Shown: positions 10,732 through 20,227 of the stretch, piece by piece
How positions within the stretch are numbered: position 1 is the stretch's first letter
How the letters are laid out: each line of letters starts with the position of its first letter
Source of the DNA: an uncultured Pseudanabaenaceae cyanobacterium
Lineage (GTDB): Bacteria > Cyanobacteriota > Cyanobacteriia > PCC-9006 > JAAUQQ01
Direction: 5' to 3'
Assembly (NCBI GenBank): GCA_938002085.1
Contig: CALLAT010000009.1
Coordinates: 75,450 to 139,449, forward strand
DNA: 64,000 nt
Notes under the pieces: model-generated
The model's input: the letters and a program-made list of their open reading frames with translations, nothing else
What the model was told of the DNA's origin: nothing
The model's database searches: none
Translations under genes and position numbers: made by a program

Positions 10732-11889
10732 TTAAAAGATATCGGCGGGGTCGGCTTCTTGAACCTTGCGGACGGCGATCGCCCCAGAAATCACACACAT
10801 CGCCATGGTGAGGCAAAAGACAAAGGTGCCCCGCTCCTGGGTCATTTGTAATGGCAGGGATGTGGCATTCTCTGTGGCTTGGTAGAGGCCAATGCAGAGG
10901 AAAAAGGCTGGGATAAAACCGAGAATCGACAGCACCACTGCCTCCTGGAAAACCACTGACAGCAAATAGCGATTGCGATAACCCATTGCCTTTAGGGTGG
11001 CATATTCCGCCAGGTGATCGGCGACGTCGGTATAAAGGATCTGATACACAATCACCATGCCGACGATCCAGCCGATGCCCGCGCCCAGATTAAAGATGAA
11101 GCCAATGGCTGTGCTGTTTTGCCAGTAGTCCCGTTCAAAGGCAATAAATTCATCCTTAGAGAGCACTAGGACATCGCCGTTGGGATCCTGGATGTCTTTG
11201 CGCATGAGGGCGATCGCTTTGTCCACATTTGCGCCAGGGTCCAATCGAATCATGCCCATATCGATGAGGCCAGGGTCGCGATCGAACATGCGCAAAAAGT
11301 TGATGTCGCTGGTCACCAAATTGCCATCCGCACCAAAGGAGGCTCCCAGGTTAAAGAGCCCACCCACAGTTACTCGGCGACCTGCGACTTCCGTAGTCAC
11401 ATATCCCTTTTCTTCAAACAGTTCTGCCACCGGGCCGAACTCTGGACGGGAATCCCGATCAAACAACACATAATCCCGCAGCTTCAGTGCTTCAGAATCT
11501 GGCAGTAAGTCTTTAGAAACAATGGATTGAGAGGGGTCATAGCCCATCACCTGAATGCTACGAGTGCTGCGATCTGCTGGATTTTTCCACAGGGCAAAAC
11601 TGATGTAGATCGGGGTCACACTTTCAACCCCTGGGACTCCCTCGGCTTGGAGTAACCGGCGGCGGGAAAAGCTATCTAAGGCAATCAGAGCCGTGGATTG
11701 AGGGCTCATCATAAAGATGTCGCCTTCTAGGGCTTGGTGCAACCGCACAGAGCTATCAAACAGGGCATCGCGAAAGCCCAGTTGGATAAACATCAAGATG
11801 ACTGCAAAGCCAATACCGGCTAAAGCCACCAGCAAGCGAACCTTTTCGCGAATGAGCTGCAGCCAGGCTAGGGGAATCGCGAAAATCAT
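10732..11889 (-). CDS. devC: DevC-family ABC exporter permease
   Basis: IPLAWLQL N-terminus, EYATLKAMGY, C-terminal ADPADIF. Confidence 0.92.
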   Translation of the reverse strand: MIFAIPLAWLQLIREKVRLLVALAGIGFAVILMFIQLGFRDALFDSSVRLHQALEGDIFMMSPQSTALIALDSFSRRRLLQAEGVPGVESVTPIYISFALWKNPADRSTRSIQVMGYDPSQSIVSKDLLPDSEALKLRDYVLFDRDSRPEFGPVAELFEEKGYVTTEVAGRRVTVGGLFNLGASFGADGNLVTSDINFLRMFDRDPGLIDMGMIRLDPGANVDKAIALMRKDIQDPNGDVLVLSKDEFIAFERDYWQNSTAIGFIFNLGAGIGWIVGMVIVYQILYTDVADHLAEYATLKAMGYRNRYLLSVVFQEAVVLSILGFIPAFFLCIGLYQATENATSLPLQMTQERGTFVFCLTMAMCVISGAIAVRKVQEADPADIF

Positions 11890-13280
11890 GACTCGCTCCC
11901 ACCACTGACCTCAGCGGAATTATCTCCCTCGGATTCTGGCTGCTCATTGCCAGAATCCGATGGCAATGGGCTGTCCAATAAACCGTTATTTTGCAGTCCA
12001 CCACTGGAGAGGCCTGGCTGTCCCAGCGGATTCCCCTGCACTGCGGTGGAGTCATTGGGGCCTGGCCCAGACCGTAAAATAGGCGCAGCCGTGTCAATGG
12101 CAACATTGACCTGAAGATTGGTTAGGTTGGCTACTGGAGTACTGTTTTCCAATAGCACCGTGACTTCCACCACGCGGGCATCCGTATCTGCAGCTGGATC
12201 CGTGTCCAATACATCTTTTTTGTCGATTTTGAGCCCCACTTGGGCCACTCGTCCCTGGAGTGATGTGGCTAGGGCTGGGCTGGTCACCTTTGCCAGCTGA
12301 CCAACTTTGACATCGCGAATGTCGGTTTCGTAGATTTCAGCCACCACGGTCATACGGTCCGTGCGAGCTAAGTCCAAAATTCCATCGTCTCCCACGGCTT
12401 CCCCATTGCTGGTGTGGATTTCTAGCACCTGTCCCTCAATGGGAGCCAGCACCGCAGCTTGATCCAGTTCTGCTTTGGCGCGGGCTAGGTTGGCTAGGGC
12501 TGACTGAATTCCTGCTTCGGCGCGTCTTACATCCTCGGGGCGTACTTCGCTCACGCTAACCACCTGTTGCTCCGCCTGCTCAAAGCGCTTTGCAATGGCT
12601 TCTAGTTCACTGCGAGCACTATCTAGCTGACGGAGTGCTTCATCCAGCTCACGCTGTTTTGTAATAAAGGTGAGCTGGCGAACCTCAAAGTCAGATTCAG
12701 AGATTGCGCCGTCCTTGTAGAGATTTTGGTAGCGATTTAAATCTACCTGGGCTTTGCGAAGCTCCGCCTCAATCACTGCTGCACTGGCAGCCTTAGCATC
12801 TACTTCTGCGATTTGAGACCGAATATTGGCTTGGCTGGCTGCTGCAGCGGCCACCTCAGCTTGAATTTCGCCAACCTTAGCCCCAGCTTTCACCTGTTCT
12901 AGATTGCTCTGCGCCTCCATGAGCTGCGCTTCAGATTGAATGGCTGAAGCCCTGAGCTGTTCATAGGAATCCATTACCGCAAGGGGCTGCCCCTGCTGAA
13001 CCTGAGCCCCTTCCTGGACCAGAATGCGCAGGACCCGAGAAGAACTGAGTGCGGAGGGAGCTGCAACGTTATAAATGCCGCCTTGTGGTTCGATGCGCCC
13101 TAGAGCTGAGATTTTGCGCTTTTCAATGGCTTCTTCGGTCGTCGGTTCTTCGGTGGGTCCAACAGTGCTGCTGGGGCGCAGCATCAAAAACAGTCCAAAC
13201 CCAACAATTCCTAGAGACACGGCGGAAAGGGTGGCAATGATGAAGCCAGGAGATCTGAGGGTTCGGGAAGATATAGCCAT
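11886..13280 (-). CDS. devB: DevB-family membrane fusion protein (HlyD-like)
   Basis: N-terminal TM, ALGRIEPQG, coiled coil, AEIYETDI, DARVVEV. Confidence 0.9.
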   Translation of the reverse strand: MAISSRTLRSPGFIIATLSAVSLGIVGFGLFLMLRPSSTVGPTEEPTTEEAIEKRKISALGRIEPQGGIYNVAAPSALSSSRVLRILVQEGAQVQQGQPLAVMDSYEQLRASAIQSEAQLMEAQSNLEQVKAGAKVGEIQAEVAAAAASQANIRSQIAEVDAKAASAAVIEAELRKAQVDLNRYQNLYKDGAISESDFEVRQLTFITKQRELDEALRQLDSARSELEAIAKRFEQAEQQVVSVSEVRPEDVRRAEAGIQSALANLARAKAELDQAAVLAPIEGQVLEIHTSNGEAVGDDGILDLARTDRMTVVAEIYETDIRDVKVGQLAKVTSPALATSLQGRVAQVGLKIDKKDVLDTDPAADTDARVVEVTVLLENSTPVANLTNLQVNVAIDTAAPILRSGPGPNDSTAVQGNPLGQPGLSSGGLQNNGLLDSPLPSDSGNEQPESEGDNSAEVSGGSES

Positions 13281-13821
13281 GGGTAAAAGGAAAAGCAGAA
13301 ATGCAGGGCGCTGAGCTTAGGGGAAAACAGCCGAGATATTGTTTTGCGTCAGAGCGTTAGAAGATGGCATCCATGGAAAGACCTTTTAACGAATTGTAAC
13401 CATTGGTTGTCCGTCTCTGGTGAGCAGGACTTCTATGGGCGTTTCAGGGGGCCTGACCCCCCAGACTGTCTCAGGGGGCTGAAGAGGACTGTAGGCCATG
13501 GATAAAGCAAGGCGGTGTCCCTGTCGCAAGCTTGGATCAACAGGCTCTAGATTGGAGCTCTTCTGAGGAACTGGCATCATCGGTTCAGCTCGTGATGATG
13601 AGTCTGTTGTTTGGTCTGGGAGGTCTTGAATTCCTCCTAATTTCCAATGACTTTTACCGCTCTGAGTCGGTATGGGCTGGGTTCCAGCGGCAAGTTGTGA
13701 TACACAGATTGCGATACACTGTGCCCTTTAAGGTCGCATTTACCTTGAGTTAGTAGAAAAAGGTTGTCCCTTTCCTGTTCTCCTGCTAGATTTCGACTCA
13801 CCCTATTGACGCTTGGCGTGC

Positions 13822-14511
13822 ATGAGTAACGTACAGATCCCCCAATTCCCAGAGGTCCGTCATCCGCTCATTGCGCCCCTTGCCCAGCGGAGTGACGAGG
13901 AACTGCTTCGGCTGTTCCAGGCAAAAGCCGATGAGGGGCGCTATTTCACGGCCATTCTTTGTCGCTACACTCCCGTTGTTTACACCTTGATCTGGCATTC
14001 CACGCGATCGGCGGTGCAGGCAGACTACCTCTTCTCTTTGGTGTGGCGTCACGTTTTTTATGAGCTGCGTGGTCTAGATCTTCAGCAAGCAAGCCCTAGC
14101 GATTCTCCGGAGCTAACGTTGCAAAATTGGTTGATTAACATCACTGCTCAATCTATCAACCAGGTTGCATTACCCCCTGTCGAGGAAATCCAATATTCGA
14201 TTAAGGCTGCGCCTCCTCCACTGTGGTGCTACGTGGAGCAGGCTTTGGATCAGCTTCCTCCGCGCCAGCGCCTGATGACGATCATGGCCCAGACCTACCA
14301 CTGGAGCGAGACTCGCATTGCTGCTTACTTGCAAGCGGAAGGCGAGCAGGTTTCTGCTGATGAGGTCCAGATGGGCTTGCAGGAGGCCTATCAGCAATTG
14401 GAGTCTTCTCTGCCTCCAGATCTGCGCACGATTTATTTTGATGAGCCTCTTGAGGAGACCCAGGCTGACCTCGCAGAAGGCGATTTGGCCGGGCTTTTGG
14501 GCAAGTCTTAA
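13822..14511 (+). CDS. Sigma-70-like (ECF-type region 2/4) protein
   Basis: SDEELL..FQ start, LQNWL region-2-like segment, ALDQLPPRQR...ETRIAAYL region-4-like segment. Confidence 0.7.
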   Translation: MSNVQIPQFPEVRHPLIAPLAQRSDEELLRLFQAKADEGRYFTAILCRYTPVVYTLIWHSTRSAVQADYLFSLVWRHVFYELRGLDLQQASPSDSPELTLQNWLINITAQSINQVALPPVEEIQYSIKAAPPPLWCYVEQALDQLPPRQRLMTIMAQTYHWSETRIAAYLQAEGEQVSADEVQMGLQEAYQQLESSLPPDLRTIYFDEPLEETQADLAEGDLAGLLGKS

Positions 14512-14724
14512 CAGCCTGTGAGCGTTGGACATTCAAGCTGGAAAGAGGCGGTTTTTAATTACAGCGTGTAAAATTCCATGCAGCCGTGGGTAAGCTCCCA
14601 ACAAGGGAGTCTTGTGCCCTTGGGCATGCCGATGCAGGCCAATCTGAACAGCTGTTTGATGACTCACCTGAATCCTGACGAGATGGGGAAAATGATGCGG
14701 AATTTGTCTTCTTGGGGATCTAAC

Positions 14725-15798
14725 ATGGCTCACCTGAATCGTTGGTTCTATGGAAGCTTGAGCGCTGGTGCGTTGCTTCTTGCTGCCCAGGCTCCTGCCA
14801 TGGCCCAGTTTTTCCCTGATGAGCCGCTGCGCACGCGCCTTAATCCCACTTTGGATCAGCAGCTGCAGACGCAGATCAATAACGGGACCCGTGGTGAGTC
14901 TCGCGATCGCGCCGATCGCTATATGAACGAAGCTGGCAACCAGGCTCGCTTGGGCTTTCCCCGTAAGGCGATCGCTCTTTGGGAAGAGGCCTATGACCTT
15001 TACCGCCAGTCCAATGACGACATGGGCATGGGCCGTGCCTTGGACTTGATTGGCCTCACCCATGGGGAACTGGGCGAAGTCATCCCCGCGGAAGATGCCC
15101 TGCGCCGTCGCCTGGCCATTGCCCGCGACCAGGGGGACTACCGAGGCCAGGTCTACGCTTTGAATAATGTGGGTACCTTGCTCATGCGTCGAGGCTTTGC
15201 CCCCCAGGCTGAGCAAAGCTTTGGAGAAGCCCAGCGGATTGCTAAAGATATTGCCGATATCGACGGTCAGGGGATTTCCCTGAGTAATGTTGGCCTCGCG
15301 GCAGCTCGCCAAGGGGAGCATGGCCGCGCTGTGAAATTGCTAGAGCAAGCGCTCGTTTTCCGTCAACAGACCCGCGATCCCATTGCCCAAGCCAACACAC
15401 TGAATCACCTTGGGGATTCCTACCTGGCGTTGAACCTGTCGGCTGATGCCTTGGGTGCCTATGGGGCGGCTTACAACATGGCTAGGCGCGATCGCGATAC
15501 TCCCAATGAATTCCGTGCCATCGATGGTCTAGTCGCTGCCCACAGCCAAGCGGGCAGCGAAACTCGCGCCCTTGACCTCTTGGATCGTCGCCTCGCCATG
15601 GCCCGTTCCCAAAACGACGTGCGTCAGCAATTTGCCACGATCCGTTCCTTGGCTAGCTTCTACCAAGCCAAAGGCAATACCCCTGCAGCCAATAGCTACT
15701 TCCAGCGCGCCTTGATACTGGCTCGGGCCTTGGGCGATCGCCAAGAAGAAGTCTTGCTCTTGGATGAGCTGACCCAGATTGCCTATCCCGATCGCTAA
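14725..15798 (+). CDS. Secreted tetratricopeptide repeat protein
   Basis: Signal peptide ending AMAQ; repeated ~40-aa TPR units (ALNNVG, SLSNVG, TLNHLG). Start at 14725 preferred over 14578. Confidence 0.82.
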   Translation: MAHLNRWFYGSLSAGALLLAAQAPAMAQFFPDEPLRTRLNPTLDQQLQTQINNGTRGESRDRADRYMNEAGNQARLGFPRKAIALWEEAYDLYRQSNDDMGMGRALDLIGLTHGELGEVIPAEDALRRRLAIARDQGDYRGQVYALNNVGTLLMRRGFAPQAEQSFGEAQRIAKDIADIDGQGISLSNVGLAAARQGEHGRAVKLLEQALVFRQQTRDPIAQANTLNHLGDSYLALNLSADALGAYGAAYNMARRDRDTPNEFRAIDGLVAAHSQAGSETRALDLLDRRLAMARSQNDVRQQFATIRSLASFYQAKGNTPAANSYFQRALILARALGDRQEEVLLLDELTQIAYPDR

Positions 15799-15827
15799 AT
15801 GGCGAGCGCTGCAACTTGACCTGCCAT

Positions 15828-15864
15828 AGAAAGGCTAGCTAGGACTATCCTGGCTAGCCTTTCT
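15828..15864 (+). terminator. Intrinsic terminator hairpin
   Basis: AGAAAGGCTAGCTAGGA...TCCTGGCTAGCCTTTCT after the TPR gene. Confidence 0.6.
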
Positions 15865-16047
15865 TGCAGGGTTGGGTCTTGTGCGGTGGCAAGTTTGGGC
15901 ATGTTGTGAAATCCCACCCTCCTGAATCTAAAACTCTCTGACGAACTCGCGATAGATTAGAACAGTCCGGACAGAGGGTGAGAGCATTAAAATAACCCAG
16001 GTTGCCACCCCCTATTGCCTTGACTCAGGTCATCAACAGGTTTATCC

Positions 16048-18489
16048 ATGAGTCACTCCAACTCACGTCCCTCCAGCCCTTCCCTTCAAGCTGCCTCCGA
16101 CGTAACCCAAGCCTTTGACCAATACTCCCAAGCCCAAACCAGCTTTAAGCAATACTTCGACCTGCCCCTGGATCTCCTCTGTAGCCTCAGCCGTGAAGGG
16201 CGTTTCCAAACGGCAAGCTTTAGCTGGGTCCAAAGCTTGGGCTGGCGGCCTGAAGAACTTCAAGGGCAAAACTGGAGCGAATGGATTCACCCTCAAGATC
16301 TCCAAAGCAGCCTTCTCCAACTCAACAGCCTGCTGAATCATCGCCCCAACGGCACGGCATTATCCTCGCGCCAGCGCAAACGCAGCACCTTTGAGCATCG
16401 CTTTCGCCATCGCGATGGCAGTTATCGCTGGCTACGCTGGCAACTGGTCACAGATGATGACTCCCAACAGATTGTCCATGGCTGGATTCGCGATGTAACG
16501 GATGAGAAAATCTCCCCCGCTGAGCAATTTGGCTTTGAGCGAGAGTTTCTTCAGCTCGCCCAAACCATGCGGGATGTCTTCTGGATTTATGATCCCGTCG
16601 CCCAGCAGCAGCTCTACGTCAGCCCTTCCTACGAGAAAGTTTGGGAGCGCTCTTGCAGTAGCCTTTACAGCAACCCTAGCTCTCTCCAAGATGCCATCCA
16701 CCCCGAAGATCGGAGCTATGTCAAAGCTGCCTTAGATCAGCTTTGTGCCACTAATCTCCATCCCAGTGGTCCCGATCAATGTGACCTGGAATATCGTATT
16801 CATACGCCCACGGGCAGCATTCGCTGGATTCATGACCGCAGCTTTCCGTTACGCGATGCCAATGGCCAGATGTATCGTTTCATCGGCGTTGCTGAAGACA
16901 TCACCGAACAGCGCCAAGCGGAACGGTCCTGCGATCGCCTCTTCCAGCAAATTTCTGCTCAAAATCAAACCCTGGAACAGGGCATTACCCAGCGCACCAT
17001 TGAACTCCGGGCCATCATTGACGCTGTTCCTGACCAAATCTACGTCATCAACCGTGAGAGCCAGCGCATCGACTACTGCAACCGTGCCTTTGTCGAGGCC
17101 CTAGACCTGAACCAGCGGGAAGCCGTCGAAGGCAAGACCTTGGCGCAATGCTTTGACAGTGCCAAGGCCCAACATATTGCCCAGCAAAACCAGCAGGTGT
17201 TTGACCAGGGAGAGAGCTTTCAAGCTGAAGAACGCTATCTCGACGATCGCCGTGACGGCAACCATTACCGCTACCTCGATACCCTCAAAATTCCCCTCCG
17301 AGATAGCGATGGCAAAATCTACGCCCTCGTCAGTGCCTCCCGTGACATCACGGACTTTAGAGTTGCCGAAATTAAGTTGCAAAACAGTCAGGCGCTTTCC
17401 CAGGCCATCGTGGAACAGGCCGCCGTGGGAATTAGTTTGGTGAGCCCTACCGGGACCTTTATGGAGGTCAATCAAAAGTTCTGCGATTTGCTCGGCTACG
17501 ATCGCCCAGAACTGATGGAGATGACCTTTCAAGAGATTACTGACCCTCGCTTTCTCAAGGAGGATTTAGCCCATTACCGCAAGCTGTTGAGCGGTGAAAT
17601 CAGTTCCTTCTCCCTAGAGAAATGCTTTATTCGCAAAGACGGTAAGCCCCAGTGGGCCGCTCTGACCGTCTCTGGCGTTTATGACGATAAAGGCTCGATG
17701 CAATTTGATATTGGCGTTTTGCAGGATATTAGCGATCGCAAACTGGCCGAGGCTGAAGTGCTCAAGTCCCTAGAAAAAGAACGGGAACTCAACGAGCTAA
17801 AATCGCGGGTGATTTCGATGATTTCCCACGAATACCGCACCCCCCTCACGATTATTTGCTCCTCCGCCGAGCTACTGGAACGGTATGGCCCGACCTGGGA
17901 TGAAGAGCGTCGCTCCACGCATTTTGAGCGGATCCAAACCTCTGTCCTGCATCTGACTGAGCTGGTCAATGATGTCCTCTTCCTCAATCGGGCTGAAGCC
18001 GATCGCCTCGACTTTTGCCCTGCCCCGCTGGATGTGGTGGCCTTCTTTCAGAACCTCTTTCCTGAGTTACAGGATGCCTTCGAATCTCAAAGCGATCGCA
18101 TCCATCCCTTGGAGGTGGATTATCCCTCTGGCAACCCCAGCTGCTACGTGGATGAAAGACTCCTGCGGCAAATTGTCACCAACCTCTTTTCTAACGCCCT
18201 CAAATATTCCCTAGAGGGACAACCGATCCAATGTGAGGTGCGCTGTGAGCCCGAAGCATTGGTCTTTTCCATCAGTGACAGTGGCATTGGCATTCCAGCG
18301 GAAGACCAACCCTATCTGTTTGAATCTTTCCATCGTGCGGCCAATGTGGGCGCCATTCCGGGGACGGGGCTGGGCCTGTCGATTGTGCGAAAATGCGTCG
18401 ATGTTCATGGGGGGAATATTCAGGTCACCAGTCAAGAAACCCAAGGCACTTGCTTTACGGTCAGCCTGCCCCTGCAACTTGAGACTTGA
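16048..18489 (+). CDS. Multi-PAS sensor histidine kinase
   Basis: Four PAS/PAC repeats (IHPQD, IHPED, DITD, DISDRK), H-box SHEYRTPL, N-box NALKY, DSGIGIP, GTGLGL. Confidence 0.93.
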   Translation: MSHSNSRPSSPSLQAASDVTQAFDQYSQAQTSFKQYFDLPLDLLCSLSREGRFQTASFSWVQSLGWRPEELQGQNWSEWIHPQDLQSSLLQLNSLLNHRPNGTALSSRQRKRSTFEHRFRHRDGSYRWLRWQLVTDDDSQQIVHGWIRDVTDEKISPAEQFGFEREFLQLAQTMRDVFWIYDPVAQQQLYVSPSYEKVWERSCSSLYSNPSSLQDAIHPEDRSYVKAALDQLCATNLHPSGPDQCDLEYRIHTPTGSIRWIHDRSFPLRDANGQMYRFIGVAEDITEQRQAERSCDRLFQQISAQNQTLEQGITQRTIELRAIIDAVPDQIYVINRESQRIDYCNRAFVEALDLNQREAVEGKTLAQCFDSAKAQHIAQQNQQVFDQGESFQAEERYLDDRRDGNHYRYLDTLKIPLRDSDGKIYALVSASRDITDFRVAEIKLQNSQALSQAIVEQAAVGISLVSPTGTFMEVNQKFCDLLGYDRPELMEMTFQEITDPRFLKEDLAHYRKLLSGEISSFSLEKCFIRKDGKPQWAALTVSGVYDDKGSMQFDIGVLQDISDRKLAEAEVLKSLEKERELNELKSRVISMISHEYRTPLTIICSSAELLERYGPTWDEERRSTHFERIQTSVLHLTELVNDVLFLNRAEADRLDFCPAPLDVVAFFQNLFPELQDAFESQSDRIHPLEVDYPSGNPSCYVDERLLRQIVTNLFSNALKYSLEGQPIQCEVRCEPEALVFSISDSGIGIPAEDQPYLFESFHRAANVGAIPGTGLGLSIVRKCVDVHGGNIQVTSQETQGTCFTVSLPLQLET

Positions 18490-18559
18490 GATGGGGCGAT
18501 CGCCTCGTAAGGGTTGGAAGCATCGCTTCTATTCATTATTCCATTCTCTTCCAACCATT

Positions 18560-18928
18560 TTATTTTTGAGACACCACTAGAATCACACCGCTGATAATCA
18601 ATCCCAGTCCCACTAAACGCCCTAGGGGAATTGTTTCTTTAAAGACGAAATAGCTTAATAAAACTGAAAACACGTACACCAGCGACACCGATGGTCCTGC
18701 AATGCTCAAAGGCACTCGCGACAGCAACAAAATATAGGCTATGGCGCCCAAGCCATAACAGCCTAAACCGAGCATGAGTTCGGGAATTTTGATGGCCTCA
18801 ACGACCGTCGCGAGGGAGACCTGCTTCAATAAAGGAGCTAGTTTATCAGCCCCCAATTTCAGGAATAACTGTCCTCCCACGCTACTCAAAACAGAAAGCA
18901 ACAGAAAGCACAGTTCGATAGGATTCAT
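18560..18928 (-). CDS. Small EamA/SMR-type 4-TM transporter (ArnE/F-like flippase candidate)
   Basis: 122 aa hydrophobic; GQLFLK and LSRVPLSIAGP...FKETI pattern. Confidence 0.78.
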   Translation of the reverse strand: MNPIELCFLLLSVLSSVGGQLFLKLGADKLAPLLKQVSLATVVEAIKIPELMLGLGCYGLGAIAYILLLSRVPLSIAGPSVSLVYVFSVLLSYFVFKETIPLGRLVGLGLIISGVILVVSQK

Positions 18929-19129
18929 TCTTAAAATGCCAGGACATTAGCGGAGGTCAGTTTTCCCATACTCAATCCCATTCAGCACCACCTACCGGCA
19001 ATCAAGCCATAGGAGCAAACAGCTGGGAACCCGCAAAGCAGTGAAAGGTACAAGTCGCGAGAATTTCTGCTTGTCAGTTGGCTCTGCATCTGAACAAAGC
19101 GTGCGAAACTGACGAGCGAGCTTTTAGCG

Positions 19130-19882
19130 TTAGCGGTGCCGGGGGAGCGCAGGCTGGGGCAGCGGAATGGAAATGGTTTTCCAAGGCTTGACCCGAGCGA
19201 ATAAGTTGTACTTTAAGATACAAATAATAGCCCTTACGCCATCGCGCCAGCCAATTTTCTTTCCTTCCTGGTAAGTGCGACCATAATAGGAAATACCCAC
19301 CTCATAAATGCGGCAGCCCATCTTCGCGACCTTGGCGGTTATTTCTGGCTCAAAACCAAAGCGATTTTCTTCAATCTCTACTGCTTGAATCACCTCCCGG
19401 CGGAAGGCTTTGTAGCAGGTTTCCATATCTGTCAAATTGATGTTAGTCATCATGTTAGACAGCATTGTTAAAAAACGATTGCCCAGCATGTGCCAGTAAT
19501 AGACCACCCGATGGGGCTCGCCCCCCATGAATCGCGATCCGAACACCACATCTGCCTTGCCATTCTCAATGGGAGCAATTACGCGGGGAAATTCCTGGGG
19601 GTCATATTCCAAGTCCGCATCTTGAATGATGACAATATCTCCCGTTGCCGCCGCAAAACCACTGCGCAGTGCAGCACCTTTGCCCTGGTTACGGCGATGG
19701 AGAATCGCTTGATCGACTTGATCGCGCAGGGGACCTTGCAACAGCTCCCGCGTTCCATCCGTAGAGCCGTCATCAACAATGATAATTTCGCACTGCTTCA
19801 CTGGTGAAGCTTGAACCGCAGCAATGACGGTTTCGATTGTTTGAACCTCGTTGTAACAAGGAATAACCACCGACAATTTCAT
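19130..19882 (-). CDS. GT2 polyprenol-phosphate glycosyltransferase (DPM1-like)
   Basis: [48 protein letters not shown]. Confidence 0.9.
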   Translation of the reverse strand: MKLSVVIPCYNEVQTIETVIAAVQASPVKQCEIIIVDDGSTDGTRELLQGPLRDQVDQAILHRRNQGKGAALRSGFAAATGDIVIIQDADLEYDPQEFPRVIAPIENGKADVVFGSRFMGGEPHRVVYYWHMLGNRFLTMLSNMMTNINLTDMETCYKAFRREVIQAVEIEENRFGFEPEITAKVAKMGCRIYEVGISYYGRTYQEGKKIGWRDGVRAIICILKYNLFARVKPWKTISIPLPQPALPRHR

Positions 19883-20227
19883 GCTCTGGGCACTCCCGAA
19901 AATAGATACATTGTCCCCAATTAGTGAAGTAAAACCAGTTCCACTGGCACCGCCTTCACTCAAGTTGTAGCCTCAACCTGATAAATGACTTGAGACTGTG
20001 ATGTTGCTTCAAACCCTACCTCTTTTCTCGCAGCAGTACTAGCGTTTGTTCTCTCGTTGGATGTTCGCTGAACTGTTGTGCAAGCTGGAGACTGTGATGC
20101 CAGGCGCCTCAGCGAGAGTAGACTCCATTATGTTCTGACTATATAGAGGCTCGAGCAGTCAACCAAAATTTAGGCTCTTCTCCATTTAAGGAGATAACAC
20201 CCATAATCTTAAGGCGTACCTAGGGAA

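Noticed and set aside
13386..13580. 64-aa ORF upstream of devB
   Set aside because: No recognisable family or clear RBS; cannot be supported as a gene.
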